A DNA stretch of 64,000 bases from an uncultured Chloroflexia bacterium (GCA_963819655.1 CAWFXA010000002.1:544001-608000), one strand, 5' to 3'. Positions 1 to 10,535 are shown, counted from the stretch's first letter. Notes: generated by a model not told the origin, from the sequence alone. Program-made: numbers and translations.

Positions 1-1306
1 CCGGGAGCGACCGGAGCAGGGGCGCCCGGTCCGGTCCGACGCCACCGTTCGCGAGAGCCGAATCGATCCGTGCGGCGGCACGCTCCGCAGCCGGGAAGCC
101 GCCATCGGGATGGACGGCCGGCGGGAGGTGCGTGACGTTCCAGGCGACAAATGCCACAGTCAGCGCGGTCGCAGCGGCCCATCCGGCCGGGGCGCGGATC
201 TCCCGCACGAGCGCAGCCGCACCGAGCCCCACGAGCACGAACACCAGCGGGTCCGCGAACGCGTGGTAGTGGTCGTTCGGGAGGCCGCGCACGACCGCCG
301 CGAGGCTGGGCGCGGCGATCGTCAGGAACGCGACCGACCAGAGCAGGCCCAGCCCGAACCAGCGGACGACGAACCGCTCGGCGTCGCGATCGGTCCGCCA
401 GCGCCACAGCACGATCGCGATCACCGTGACCGTCGCCAGCGCCCCGGCGGCGAACCCATCGGTGATCAATCCGGTCAGAGGCCAGCTCAGGACCCGAAGG
501 GTGACGATCCCGAACCGGACCGGGATGGCCACCTCGGTCGGCTCGCGGCCCGTGGCGAGATAGTCGGTCGCGGCGCCGAGCTCTGAGAACCCAGTGGTGA
601 GCTCATTGACCAGCAGTGGGGCATAGGCGGCGACGAAGATCGCGAGGATGCCGACCGGCACCCAGCCGAGACTCCGTCGGCGCGCATCGGCGATCAGCGG
701 CGCCGCGATGATCGGGAGGAGCGCGATGCCCAGGACGTGGCACTGCATCGTCACCGCGGTCCCGACGGCGGCCACGAGCCACCAGCGGCGGTCGCCGCCA
801 GACCATGCCTTCCAGGCGCCGGCCAGGGCGACGGCGCTCGAGAGAGCGATCAGGTTTGGGTTCCAGATGAACGTCGACTCGTCGACAGCGGCGGTCGATG
901 TCGCCATGACCAGTCCCGCGACCAGCCCCGCGACCGGCCCGCCGATCGAGCGCGCCAGCCACCACACGACCCCGACCGCAGCGATGCCGGCGATGGCGAT
1001 GAGGAGCACGACCGCGAGGGGCGAGTCGCCACCGGTCAGCGCCGCGGCGGGGGACAGGATGTAGTAGTACCAGGCGCCGTGATGGACGTCGCCGATCGAC
1101 GTCGGCGGGCCCAGAAGCGGCACGACGCCATCGCGAACGAGCGTCCGCAGGACCAGCATGTCGTGACCCTGGTCGCCGTCCCATGTCCCGCGCGTGGCGA
1201 GATCCGGTAGGCGCAGGAGCGCTGCGAGGAGGAGCAGCCCGGGCAGGGCCAGGCGATCGACGACCGCCATGCCACCTGCGTCTGACGCGAGGCGCCGATC
1301 GGTCAC
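1..1306 (-). CDS. GT-C (ArnT/PMT-like) membrane glycosyltransferase, runs off the left edge
   Basis: Hand translation: MAVVDRLALPGLLLLAALLRLPDLATRGTWDGDQGHD...LGPPTSIGDVHHGAWYYY...FIWNPN; multi-TM with acidic first loop; GTG start overlaps the nfo stop (GTGA). Not in the ORF track because there is no stop in the window. Confidence 0.75.
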   Translation of the reverse strand, partial: MTDRRLASDAGGMAVVDRLALPGLLLLAALLRLPDLATRGTWDGDQGHDMLVLRTLVRDGVVPLLGPPTSIGDVHHGAWYYYILSPAAALTGGDSPLAVVLLIAIAGIAAVGVVWWLARSIGGPVAGLVAGLVMATSTAAVDESTFIWNPNLIALSSAVALAGAWKAWSGGDRRWWLVAAVGTAVTMQCHVLGIALLPIIAAPLIADARRRSLGWVPVGILAIFVAAYAPLLVNELTTGFSELGAATDYLATGREPTEVAIPVRFGIVTLRVLSWPLTGLITDGFAAGALATVTVIAIVLWRWRTDRDAERFVVRWFGLGLLWSVAFLTIAAPSLAAVVRGLPNDHYHAFADPLVFVLVGLGAAALVREIRAPAGWAAATALTVAFVAWNVTHLPPAVHPDGGFPAAERAAARIDSALANGGVGPDRAPLLRSLP

Positions 1307-2277
1307 GTCGCGGCCATCCGCCCGCGGGCGCTGCCCACCAGCTCGAATGCCCCCTTCGGCAGCGGGCGGAGCGGCTTGCCGGCCCACAATGCCCGCGCCC
1401 GTTCCATGTTGATCGCGTCGTATCCGGCGTCCATGCCGGGTGTCTCGAGGATGTAGGTCGCGTCGATCAGGCGCGGATGGCGCAGCACATGCGCGAGGCC
1501 CTCGGCGGGGATCCGGCCTGCCGCGAGATGCTCGTGCCGATCGGTCCGGGAGCCGAGGGCCGAGCGGGTGTCGTTGAAGTGGACGAGGACGAGGCGGTCG
1601 AGGCCGATGCGCGCGTCGAAGCCGGCCAGGAACGCGTCGACCACCCCTGGTTTCCCGACATCGATGCCCGCACCCCAGGCGTGGGCCAGGTCGAGGCAGA
1701 ACCCGACGTCGCCGCGCCGGACACCGCGCGTCCCCAGCAGGTCGGCGATCGCGGTGAGCTCGTCGAGCGAGGTCCCGAGGCCGGCCCCGCCGCCGACCGA
1801 GTTCTCCAGGACCAGCGTCGCCCGCTCGGCCGATCCCCCGTCGGCTCCGTCGCGGATGGCGTCCGCCAGGGCGAGAACCTCGACGATCCCGTCGACGAGT
1901 CGCCGTGTGCCGACCTCGACGCCCGTGCCCCGGTGCGACCCGATGTGGACGTTGACGTACCTCGCCCCGAACGCCGACGCGCCGGCCAGCTCACCGGCCA
2001 GCATCGCCACGGACCGCTCGAAGGTCGCCGGGTCGGGCCCGGGCAGGTTCACGAGATAAGAGGCGTGGATCGCGACCGGCCGGATGTCCAGCTCGGCCGA
2101 CTTCGTCCTGAAGGCCGCGAGCTGCGCCGACGGTTCGCGGCGGCGGCGCCAGGCCGTCGGGTTGTCGGTGAAGATCTGGATGGCGCTGGCCCCGATGGCG
2201 TGTGCGCGGTCGACCGCCTTCACCATCCCCGGCGCGAGAGGCAGATGCGCGCCAAGCCGTCGACCATCAGGCAGCAT
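1303..2277 (-). CDS. nfo: Endonuclease IV (AP endonuclease family 2)
   Basis: LGAH, QIF, HASYLVNL, NVHIGSH, VLEN, CLDLAHAW, HFND, DRHEHL and ILETP metal-binding motifs. Confidence 0.93.
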   Translation of the reverse strand: MLPDGRRLGAHLPLAPGMVKAVDRAHAIGASAIQIFTDNPTAWRRRREPSAQLAAFRTKSAELDIRPVAIHASYLVNLPGPDPATFERSVAMLAGELAGASAFGARYVNVHIGSHRGTGVEVGTRRLVDGIVEVLALADAIRDGADGGSAERATLVLENSVGGGAGLGTSLDELTAIADLLGTRGVRRGDVGFCLDLAHAWGAGIDVGKPGVVDAFLAGFDARIGLDRLVLVHFNDTRSALGSRTDRHEHLAAGRIPAEGLAHVLRHPRLIDATYILETPGMDAGYDAINMERARALWAGKPLRPLPKGAFELVGSARGRMAAT

Positions 2278-2284
2278 CCGGCGG

Positions 2285-2881
2285 TCAGCGTCGCCGGCCG
2301 TTGCTCTTGTCGTGCCCCGTGGTGTACTCGCCCCCGACGATCGGCTCGATCAAGCCGAGGTCGCCGTCGTTCCGCGTGTAGAGGATGGCCACATGCTCCG
2401 TCTCGGCGTTCACGAAGACGAAGAACTGATGGCCAAGCTCCTCCATCGCGGCGACCGCATCCTCCTCGAACATCGGCTCGATCGCGAACCGCTTCGTCTT
2501 GACGATCCGACGCTCGTGCCCGGGCTCGGACGTCCCATCGGCAAGGTCGCGCAGGATCCGCTTCTCCTGCTCCGGTCGCGCCCGGAGCCGAGGCTTCTCC
2601 TTGTAGTCGACAGCCTGGCGCTCGACCTTGTCGACCACGTCGTCGAGTGCTGCCTGGTAGCTGATGCCGACGGCGTGGCTGCGCAGCGTGCGGCCATCGA
2701 TCACGAGCGTGACCTCCGCGATGTGGGCATCGGACGCGCTGCGGTGCATCTCGTTCGAGAACTCGACGATCGCATCGGTCCGGTCGTCGAGCAGCCGTTC
2801 GAGTCGATGGAGCTTGCGCTCGGCATAGCTGCGGACGCGGTCTGGGACCTCGACGTTCTTGCCCTTCACGATGGTCCGCAT
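2285..2881 (-). CDS. hpf: Ribosome hibernation promoting factor (long HPF/RaiA)
   Basis: MRTIVKGKNVEV...AALDDVVDKVERQ...IVKTKRFAIEPMFEEDAVAAMEELGHQFFVF; GGAGGTG SD. Confidence 0.93.
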   Translation of the reverse strand: MRTIVKGKNVEVPDRVRSYAERKLHRLERLLDDRTDAIVEFSNEMHRSASDAHIAEVTLVIDGRTLRSHAVGISYQAALDDVVDKVERQAVDYKEKPRLRARPEQEKRILRDLADGTSEPGHERRIVKTKRFAIEPMFEEDAVAAMEELGHQFFVFVNAETEHVAILYTRNDGDLGLIEPIVGGEYTTGHDKSNGRRR

Positions 2882-2943
2882 GCATCACCTCCGGGCTCTC
2901 GGGTCGTCGTCCGAGTATAGCCCCGGGGGCCCACCCGCTCCGG

Positions 2944-3630
2944 TCAGCGCTCCCGTGCGACCGTGATCGCGGAGACCCCGAGTGCGCCCGCGGACTCCAG
3001 CGCCGAGGCGCATGCGGCGAGCGTCGCGCCGGTGGTCACGACGTCGTCGATCAGGAGGATCCAGCGTCCGTGGCACGCGGAAACGGCCCCGCCGTCGACG
3101 ACGAACGCGCCCGAGACGTTGTGCGCCCGGTCGCGCCGGTCGAGGTCGAACTGGGCGATGGTCGCCCGTGCGCGCGTGAGCAGCGGGACGAACGGGAGGC
3201 GGAGCTCGTTCGCCGCTCTTCGTGCGATCAGCTCGGCCTGGTCGTAGCCGCGCCGCCGGGCTCGGTCCTCGTGCACCGGTACGTGCGTGATGAGCTCGGC
3301 GCCCACCCCGACGGCCGCCCATCGGCGCGCGATCGCCCGCCCGAGCGGGTCCGCGAGGCGCTGCTCACCCCCGTACTTGATCGCGTGGAGCGCGTCACGC
3401 GCGACGCCATGGAACGGGGCGCACCACTCGAGCTGGAGGAGCGGCTCGGGGATGTCGCCGGGCAGCCCGATCGCCACGCCCGCCGGGCTTTTCAGGCGGG
3501 CGTCGAGGGTGGGCTCGCAACGCGCGCAGATCGGTGGTCCTTCCGCCCGGCAGCCGACGCAGTTCGCCGGCAAGGCGGCATCGAGCGCTCGAGCCGCGGC
3601 CGTCCGAACGAGTGAGGTGAACGTCGCCAC
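2944..3630 (-). CDS. comF: ComF family phosphoribosyltransferase-like protein with Zn ribbon
   Basis: CVGC..CARC, RRGYDQA, LLIDDVVTTGATL. Confidence 0.9.
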   Translation of the reverse strand: MATFTSLVRTAAARALDAALPANCVGCRAEGPPICARCEPTLDARLKSPAGVAIGLPGDIPEPLLQLEWCAPFHGVARDALHAIKYGGEQRLADPLGRAIARRWAAVGVGAELITHVPVHEDRARRRGYDQAELIARRAANELRLPFVPLLTRARATIAQFDLDRRDRAHNVSGAFVVDGGAVSACHGRWILLIDDVVTTGATLAACASALESAGALGVSAITVARER

Positions 3631-3715
3631 CCGGGCAGGATGGCCGGAGTCGCTCCACCGGCGATCACCCGGGACTTATCGCCCACGTCCTCGACCACAG
3701 CGGCAGGATCGGACG

Positions 3716-4078
3716 TCAGGCGATCTCGATGAGGTCGCCCACGTCAGTCTCCGACGCGTCGATGGTCCCGACGGGGAGCTCCACGACGCCGTGCGCGCCG
3801 CGCACGAACGGAACCAGCCCTGTCCATGCCTTGAGATCGCGGGAGACCGCGACCACCGGCCGGGCACCATCGGCGGTGGCGCGTCCGACGAACACCGCGT
3901 CGATCGGGAAGCGCATGAACATCATGTGGATCCCGTTGGAGTCAGGCAGCCACAGACCGGCACCCGGCGCGAGCGACGGCCGGCCCATCAGGCCCTTGAA
4001 CTTGGCCCACAGCGACCCCGCGACCTCGACGTCCGAGGCGAGCACGCTCGAGCGGGTGCGATTGCGCGCGGCGGTCAC
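3716..4078 (-). CDS. DUF192 family protein
   Basis: KGLMGR...GLWL...IHMMFMRFPIDAVF...VVELPVG. Confidence 0.85.
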   Translation of the reverse strand: MTAARNRTRSSVLASDVEVAGSLWAKFKGLMGRPSLAPGAGLWLPDSNGIHMMFMRFPIDAVFVGRATADGARPVVAVSRDLKAWTGLVPFVRGAHGVVELPVGTIDASETDVGDLIEIA

Positions 4079-4094
4079 CGGGCGCGAGGAACGG

Positions 4095-5033
4095 CTAGCT
4101 CGTGGCCAGGTTCTGGACGATCAGGATGATCGCCGGCCCGAGGATGACGATGAAGAGCGAGGGGAAGATGCACCCGACGAGCGGGAACAGCATCTTGATC
4201 GGCGCCTTCGCTGCCTGCTCCTCAGCGCGCTGGCGGCGCTCGATGCGGAGCTGCTCCGACTGGACCTGGAGAACCTTCGACACCGACACGCCGAGCTGCT
4301 CGGCCTGGATGATCGCGCCGACGAAGTTCGTCAGCGGCCCGACCTCGGTCCGCGGCACGATGTCGCGCAGCGCGTCACGGCGCGCCTTGCCGACCCGCAC
4401 CTCGGCCAGCGCCCGACGGAACTCGTCGGACAGCGGGCCCTTGAGCTTCTCGACCACCTTCGCGAGCGCGGCATCGAAGCCGAGGCCCGCGCGGACCGAG
4501 ATCGTCAGCAGGTCCAGCGTGTCGGGGATCATCAGGAGGATGGCCTTCTGGCGCTTCTTCACCCGTCCACCCAGCCAGAATTCCGGGAAGATGTACCCGA
4601 AGAGCGCACCCGCCACACCGAGCAGATAGCCGATCGGGAACGGGAAACCGAGCAGGCCGATGACGCCGAACAGGACGGCGAAGATGACGGCCCCCACGAT
4701 CGCGCCGACCGCCTTCACGCCGAGCCAGTCGGCCACACGGAGGTCCCCTGGGTTGCCGGCGAGGGCAAGACGCTTCTCGGTCCGCTCCGTGAACGACGAT
4801 GAGGCCGCACGGGACATCCGCCCCGACAGGCTCGCGACGAGCGGTCGCAGGGTTCGCTCGATGAACGGTTGCTGGAGCTCGAGTTCCTCGAGGTTCTTCG
4901 CCTGCATCGTGCCGAGCTGGGTCAGCCTGGCCTGCACCGGATCGACCGGCGAGCCGCCGGCCAGGCCGATGACGATGAGCAGGATCGCACCGGCGGCGAG
5001 CGCGGCGACGATGACGGGCATGAGGTCCGACAT
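4095..5033 (-). CDS. tadC: Tad pilus platform protein TadC (T2SS F domain)
   Basis: PDTLDLLTISVRAGLGFDAAL, QAEQLGVSV, AAKAPIKMLFPLV. Confidence 0.9.
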   Translation of the reverse strand: MSDLMPVIVAALAAGAILLIVIGLAGGSPVDPVQARLTQLGTMQAKNLEELELQQPFIERTLRPLVASLSGRMSRAASSSFTERTEKRLALAGNPGDLRVADWLGVKAVGAIVGAVIFAVLFGVIGLLGFPFPIGYLLGVAGALFGYIFPEFWLGGRVKKRQKAILLMIPDTLDLLTISVRAGLGFDAALAKVVEKLKGPLSDEFRRALAEVRVGKARRDALRDIVPRTEVGPLTNFVGAIIQAEQLGVSVSKVLQVQSEQLRIERRQRAEEQAAKAPIKMLFPLVGCIFPSLFIVILGPAIILIVQNLATS

Positions 5034-5036
5034 CGC

Positions 5037-6041
5037 CTAGACCTCGATGTCCACGATGCGGCGGATCATCATGAAACCGATGAACATCATGAAACCACCG
5101 AAGAACAGGATGATCACGCCGGCCGGCAGGCCCGCGATCGCCGGCGGATTGGCGAACATCGGATCCATGAACCCGGGCGCTGCGACGAACAGGAAGCCGG
5201 CCAGGGCGATCGGCAGGAAGCCGACCACATAGCCCGACAGGCGCTGTTGCGCGGTGAGGGTATTGATCTCACCCTTGATGCGGATGCGCTCCCGGATCGT
5301 GTAGGCGATCGAATCGAGGATCTCCGCCAGGTTGCCACCGACCTGGTGCTGGATGGAGATCGCGGTGGCCATCAGCTCGAGGTCGTCGGACCGGACGCGC
5401 CGGACCATGTTCTCGAGTGCCTGCTCGAATGGCAGGCCGAGGTTGACCTCGCGGATGACCCGGCTGAACTCGGTCGAGATCGGCGGGCGCGACTCGCGCA
5501 CGACGAGCTCGATCGCCTGGAGGAACGACGAACCGGCGCGCAGCGCATTGGCGATGAGCGTGATCGTGTCGGGGAGCTGCTTGTTGAAGGCGTTCAGGCG
5601 GCCGCCCTTGCGGCGGTTGAGCCAGAACCGCGGGAGCAGGAAGCCGACGAACCCGCCGATGAGCAGCGCGATCGGTGACCCAAGGGCCTCGAAGAAGAAG
5701 CTGAAGATGAAGAACAGGACCGGAACGCCGACGATCGACCCGATCCAGATGAACAGGAACTCGGACGGCTTCAGCCGCAGGTCGGCACGGGCCAGCTCGC
5801 GGGCGAGGTTCGCCCCGAAGTCGCGACCCTCGACGACCTTGTTCAGGTTCGCGAGTGCCTGGCTCTGGGCGATCAGGTCGCTGATCGGCCCCTGGCCGGT
5901 CGTGACCGCCTTCGTGCCCTCGCCGCGGCCGGAGGCATAGCGCTCCAGCCGGTCGGAGATGCCCGAGTTGCCGGAGCTGGCGATGCCGAACGCGATCAGG
6001 ATGACCGCCAGGGCAGCGACGCCGGCGACGGCGAGCGTCAA
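5037..6041 (-). CDS. tadB: Tad pilus platform protein TadB
   Basis: QLPDTITLIANALRAGSSF, GGNLAEILD, LTAQQRLSG; start is TTG at 6041, or GTG at 6049 with a 1-nt indel. Confidence 0.9.
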   Translation of the reverse strand: MTLAVAGVAALAVILIAFGIASSGNSGISDRLERYASGRGEGTKAVTTGQGPISDLIAQSQALANLNKVVEGRDFGANLARELARADLRLKPSEFLFIWIGSIVGVPVLFFIFSFFFEALGSPIALLIGGFVGFLLPRFWLNRRKGGRLNAFNKQLPDTITLIANALRAGSSFLQAIELVVRESRPPISTEFSRVIREVNLGLPFEQALENMVRRVRSDDLELMATAISIQHQVGGNLAEILDSIAYTIRERIRIKGEINTLTAQQRLSGYVVGFLPIALAGFLFVAAPGFMDPMFANPPAIAGLPAGVIILFFGGFMMFIGFMMIRRIVDIEV

Positions 6042-6066
6042 GGATCCACGATGTCCTCCCTCCGCC

Positions 6067-7476
6067 TCAGTACGCGAAGCCGAAGAGGCCCGGGGGCAGG
6101 TTGATGCCCATGATCTCGAACTTCTCGACGAACTTCGGCCGGATGCCCGTCGCCTTGAGGCGACCCTGGATCTTGCCCTCGACGACACCCGTCTGCTCGA
6201 AGACGAACACGTCCTGCATGACGATGACGTCGCCTTCCATGCCCTGGACCTCGGTGATGTGGGTGATCTTCCGGGTCCCGTCCTTGAGGCGGCTCTGGTG
6301 GACGATCAGGTCGACGGCGGATGCGACCTGCTCGCGGATGGCCCGCAGCGGCAGGTCGACGCCGGCCATGAGGACCATCGTCTCGAGTCGGGCGAGCATG
6401 TCGCGCGGGGAGTTGGCGTGGCCGGTCGACATCGAGCCGTCGTGGCCCGTGTTCATGGCCTGGAGCATGTCGAGCGCCTCGCCCGACCGGCACTCCCCGA
6501 CGATGATCCGATCGGGCCGCATGCGCAGGGCGTTGCGCACGAGCTCCCGGATCGGGATCGCACCCTTGCCCTCGATGTTCGGCGGGCGAGACTCGAGGGT
6601 GACGACGTGCTCCTGGCGGAGCTGCAGCTCGGCGGCGTCCTCGATCGTGACGATCCGCTCGTCATTCGGGATGAACGACGAGAGGACGTTGAGGGTCGTC
6701 GTCTTGCCGGAGCCGGTGCCGCCGGACACGAAGATGTTGAGCCGCGCCTCGACGCAGGCGCGCATGAAGTCGAACATGTCGGCAGTCGCCGTGCCGAACC
6801 GGATGAGATCGTCGACGGTGAAGGGGGACGCCGAGAACTTCCGGATCGTGATGACGGGTCCGACCAGCGAGAGCGGCGGGATGATGGCGTTGACGCGCGA
6901 GCCGTCGGTCAGCCGCGCGTCGACCATCGGCGAGGACTCGTCCACGCGCCGACCGATCGGGGCGATGATCCGGTCGATGATGCGCATGACGTGGTCGTCG
7001 TTCTGGAAGACGACGTTGGTCAGCTCGAGCTTGCCCGATCGCTCGATGTAGACCTGACGCGGGCCGTTGACCATCACCTCGGTGATGGACTCGTCGCGCA
7101 GGAGCGGCTCGAGCGGTCCCAGACCGATGATCTCGTCCGTGATCTGCTCGAGCATCCGGACGCGCTCGGCACGGGTCAGGGCGAGGCCTTCCTCGTCGAT
7201 GACCTTGCCGAAGATCTCCTCGATCTGACGGCGCACCTCGACCTGGTTGGACAGGTCGAGCTTCGGATCCAGGTCCTGGATGACCCGGTTCTGGATCCGG
7301 AACTTCACGTCCCGGAACGATTCCCGGACCGGCGCCTGCGTCTGGAGACGCGGCATCGTGGGCATCGTTGGCGGTCCACCGGCTGGCGCCGGTACGTTCG
7401 AGACCGGCGGCCCACCCGCCGGCGCCTCGCCGGAACTGCCCGGTCGAGCACTCTCGATCCGCTTCAACAGGGACAT
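6067..7476 (-). CDS. cpaF: Tad pilus assembly ATPase CpaF/TadA
   Basis: GGTGSGKTT, TIEDAAEL, LRMRPDRIIVGECR, AMNTGHDGS. Confidence 0.95.
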   Translation of the reverse strand: MSLLKRIESARPGSSGEAPAGGPPVSNVPAPAGGPPTMPTMPRLQTQAPVRESFRDVKFRIQNRVIQDLDPKLDLSNQVEVRRQIEEIFGKVIDEEGLALTRAERVRMLEQITDEIIGLGPLEPLLRDESITEVMVNGPRQVYIERSGKLELTNVVFQNDDHVMRIIDRIIAPIGRRVDESSPMVDARLTDGSRVNAIIPPLSLVGPVITIRKFSASPFTVDDLIRFGTATADMFDFMRACVEARLNIFVSGGTGSGKTTTLNVLSSFIPNDERIVTIEDAAELQLRQEHVVTLESRPPNIEGKGAIPIRELVRNALRMRPDRIIVGECRSGEALDMLQAMNTGHDGSMSTGHANSPRDMLARLETMVLMAGVDLPLRAIREQVASAVDLIVHQSRLKDGTRKITHITEVQGMEGDVIVMQDVFVFEQTGVVEGKIQGRLKATGIRPKFVEKFEIMGINLPPGLFGFAY

Positions 7477-7534
7477 GAGCTACACCCCTTCTCGCCCCGA
7501 GGGCCGGATTTGGCGGCCTGATCCGTCACGACGA

Positions 7535-8803
7535 TCAGCGCCATGCGAACAACGATTTCTTCTGTGTGGCCTTGCGGTTGTCTTCGGTGACGGGCGCGAC
7601 TTGCACCCGTTCGCCGACGACGGTCCGCGCGAGCCGAAGGATGTCCTGGGAGACCTGCGCCTCCCGATTGCTGAGGAAGAACGGGACGCCTCGATTGAGG
7701 GCGTAGACCACGCTCCGCCCATCGCTCACGATGGTCTCGTCGACCTTGCGTCCGATCGAATGCTCGACGTCCGTCACGCGGATGCCGAGCGCCGAGTCCG
7801 CGCGGTTGAGGATGAGGCGGACCTTCCCGCCATCGTATCCGAGCTGGTCGGCGACCTCCAGGAAGAGGCGCATGTTCTTGATGCTCGTGATCTCGAGGCT
7901 CAGCATCGTGAGGATCGTATCCGCCGAGTCGAGGATCGCCAGCGTCGTGTCGTTGAAGAACGCCGTGCAGTCGACCACCACGAGCTCATGGGTCATCCGC
8001 AGCGCTTCGATCACGCGCTTGATGCCGGCCGGTGTGATCAGCTCGGCCATCTCCGGGCTGGGCGGGGCGAGCAGGACGCGGATCCCGGCGGAGTGATTGA
8101 TGACGAACGTGTCGATCGACTCCACCTCGTGACCGGCCTGTTCGAGCTCCGGGACGAGGTCCGCGATCGACTTGTTCTTCGGGTTGAGGTTGAGCAGGAC
8201 CCCGACGTCGCCGAACTGGAACGAACCGTCGACCAGGACGACCTTCTTGCCGAGCTCGGTGGCCGCGGCCACGGCGAGATTGACGGCCACCGTCGTCCGG
8301 CCCACGCCGCCCTTCGGGCTGAACACGGCCACGACCTGGCCGGGCTCGCCGGAGGGCGTCTGGCTGGTCCCCGTGCGTGGTCCGCCGGCCTCGGCTGCGG
8401 CGACCGCCATGCGGGTCATCTTCTCCCGCTCGCGTGTGAACACCTGCCGGATCGACGCGGTCAGCTCGTCGCTGCTGAAAGGCTTGACGAGAAACTCGCG
8501 TGCGCCCGCGAGCATCGACCGGCGCAGGTAGTCCGACTCGCCCTGGACGGACATCATGATCACCGACGCCGTGGGGACCTCGCGCGCGAGCAGCTCCGTT
8601 GTGGCGATCCCGTCCATGTCCGGCATGTTGATGTCCATGAGGACGACATCCGGGTTCAGTGAGGTCGCCAGCTGCAGGGCCTCGGCCCCGGACGCGGCCG
8701 CCCCGATGACGTCGATGTCACCCTCGAAGCCCAGCAGCTTCGAGAGGTGGTCGCGCGTCTCCGGGATGTCGTCGACGATCAGGACACGGATCTGGTCGGC
8801 CAT
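7535..8803 (-). CDS. cpaE: CpaE/TadZ: receiver domain plus MinD/ParA-like ATPase
   Basis: N-terminal REC (LIVDD, LMDINMP, LVKP) and FSPKGGVGRTT. Confidence 0.9.
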   Translation of the reverse strand: MADQIRVLIVDDIPETRDHLSKLLGFEGDIDVIGAAASGAEALQLATSLNPDVVLMDINMPDMDGIATTELLAREVPTASVIMMSVQGESDYLRRSMLAGAREFLVKPFSSDELTASIRQVFTREREKMTRMAVAAAEAGGPRTGTSQTPSGEPGQVVAVFSPKGGVGRTTVAVNLAVAAATELGKKVVLVDGSFQFGDVGVLLNLNPKNKSIADLVPELEQAGHEVESIDTFVINHSAGIRVLLAPPSPEMAELITPAGIKRVIEALRMTHELVVVDCTAFFNDTTLAILDSADTILTMLSLEITSIKNMRLFLEVADQLGYDGGKVRLILNRADSALGIRVTDVEHSIGRKVDETIVSDGRSVVYALNRGVPFFLSNREAQVSQDILRLARTVVGERVQVAPVTEDNRKATQKKSLFAWR

Positions 8804-8923
8804 CTGAGGGTCTGGCTCTCGTCCTTACTGTTCGGTTGACGCCCGACGGGCGCGGGACCCGGCTGGTCCATCGCGCCCGTCGCGCTGGGTCATGGTACCG
8901 GCGGACTGCCGGTCGTGCGGTGA

Positions 8924-9826
8924 CTAGCGCCGGGCCTGCGCCGGCAGGACCGTCTCGATGAGCTCCGGCGGCAGGACGCCGTAGCGGTCGACAAGTGACT
9001 TGAGGATGATGCCGGTGGTCGGGTCCGGCAGCGGCGGCGGATCGATGGGCAGGCCGGTCAGGGGGTCGAGGAAGTCCTCGCCCGACCGGAGGATCAGGCT
9101 GATCTCGCCATCCATCTGGGCGAACTTGATGACCTCGGCCTGCTGCGCGTCGACCGACAGGGCGACGATCTCCTGCTGGCCGGTCAGGGCCGTTCCGCTC
9201 TGGTCCGGCGCGGGCTGGCCCTCCGCGCTCTGCGCCTGCTCGGGGGGCGGTGGGAGCAGCGTGCCGAGCACCTGCATGCCCTGGAGGAGCAGCTTGACGC
9301 TCGTGCCGTTGATGCCGGAGACGACGGTGAAGGTGTCGTCGACCGGGTTGGTCGTGATGACCGGGAACTTGTCGGCGCGGATACCGACGACCATGTCGAC
9401 GTAGTCACCGGTCTTGATGACGGTGCCGACGCCCGTCACCTGGTCGACCTGGACCGTGATCGCGCGCTGGCCCGGTGGGACCTGGATGTCGAGGATCTGG
9501 CCCGGCCTGACCGCCTGACAGCGTCCGGCTGGTGATCGCCGCGCCGGTCACGACGGGCTCGCGGACGGTCTTGCCGAGGACCTGGGAGACGTCCCCGAAG
9601 GCATCGACATCGCGCCCGTCGATGGGCTTGTCCTCGACGGTCACCTTGTCCGCGGTGATCCGCGCGCCGAGCGGGATGTCGGCCGTCGCGATGACGGTCG
9701 TGCCGTGGTCGGGAGCGGTGGTGTGCCGCCGCCGCCGCCGCCCGGTTGCAGGAATATGACGGCGATGAACGCGACGATCGCCAGGAAGACCCCGACGAGC
9801 AAAACCAAGCGATTAGAACGCTTCAA
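8924..9826 (-). CDS. cpaB: Flp pilus assembly protein CpaB/RcpC (frameshifted in this sequence)
   Basis: TTG start MKRSNRLVLLVGVFLAIVAF, SAF-like segment, then GVGTVIKTGDYVD...LLLQGMQVL...AQMDGEISLILR across frames. Confidence 0.8.
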
Positions 9827-9980
9827 GAGACCTCTCCCCGAGTCGGTGGTGTGACAGGTGGCACCACTGTAGCATCGCGAAAGAGGCGCGCGACTATACC
9901 AATGGGCTAGGACCCTGTGGTAGGAAACGGCAGGAATCCGCGCACCTTGCAAGGTCGATTGCAAGGTTCCGCGGAGGGCA

Positions 9981-10015
9981 TGAAAGGGCCCGCCGGACGG
10001 GTGTCCGGCGGGCCC
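9981..10015 (-). terminator. Hairpin after flp pilin 1
   Basis: GGGCCCGCCGGAC / GTCCGGCGGGCCC 13-bp stem followed by TTTCA on the minus strand. Confidence 0.7.
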
Positions 10016-10036
10016 ACAACGAGGACGAAAGAGCGA

Positions 10037-10210
10037 TCAGACTGCGTTACCGATGACGCTGAGCTTGTCGCTGATCTGGCTTCCGAGGTAGATGAGCGCG
10101 ACGATCGCGATGACCGCGATCAACGCGAGGATGAGTGCGTATTCGGCCAGGCCCTGTCCGTCCTCGTCCCCACGGAGTCGGTCCACGAAGGACACGACAC
10201 GAGTCGTCAT
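10037..10210 (-). CDS. flp: Flp family type IVb pilin 1
   Basis: MTTRVVSFVDRLRGDEDG^QGLAEYALILALIAV...; AAGGAGGTG SD. Confidence 0.92.
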   Translation of the reverse strand: MTTRVVSFVDRLRGDEDGQGLAEYALILALIAVIAIVALIYLGSQISDKLSVIGNAV

Positions 10211-10242
10211 AGTGTTCACCTCCTTTCCACGAAGGTGCCGTC

Positions 10243-10288
10243 AACGTACGTCCCGCCGCCTCGATGTCAATAGGCCCCTCGGGTCACT
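10243..10288 (-). promoter_or_regulatory. Sigma70-like promoter of pilin 1 with adjacent regulator motif
   Basis: TTGACA-N16-TACGTT on the minus strand; TAGGCCCCTCGG motif next to -35. Confidence 0.5.
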
Positions 10289-10310
10289 ACGGGCATGGAC
10301 GCACCAGAGA

Positions 10311-10349
10311 CGGAGAGACCGCCGTGCCACTCGGGACGCCGGCGGTCTC
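10311..10349 (-). terminator. Hairpin after flp pilin 2
   Basis: GAGACCGCCG...CGGCGGTCTC inverted repeat followed by pyrimidines. Confidence 0.55.
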
Positions 10350-10367
10350 GATCGGTTGGCGGCTCGG

Positions 10368-10535
10368 CTAGACCGAGTTGCCGACGGTGCTCAGGATCGA
10401 GCTGACCTGGTTGCCCAGGAAGATCAGCGCGATGATCGCGATGATCGCGATGAGTGCGAGGATCAGCGCGTACTCCGCGAGACCCTGGCCTTCGTCACGT
10501 CGGAACGAATCGATAAGAGCAAGAAACTGCGTCAT
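10368..10535 (-). CDS. flp: Flp family type IVb pilin 2 (not in ORF track)
   Basis: MTQFLALIDSFRRDEG^QGLAEYALILALIAIIAIIALIFLGNQVSSILSTVGNSV; AAGGAGGT SD. Confidence 0.92.
   Translation of the reverse strand: MTQFLALIDSFRRDEGQGLAEYALILALIAIIAIIALIFLGNQVSSILSTVGNSV

Noticed and set aside
9945-9970. ACCTTGCAA repeat and palindrome upstream of cpaB
   Set aside because: Short, seen only once and not assignable to a regulator; may be a real operator but support is insufficient.
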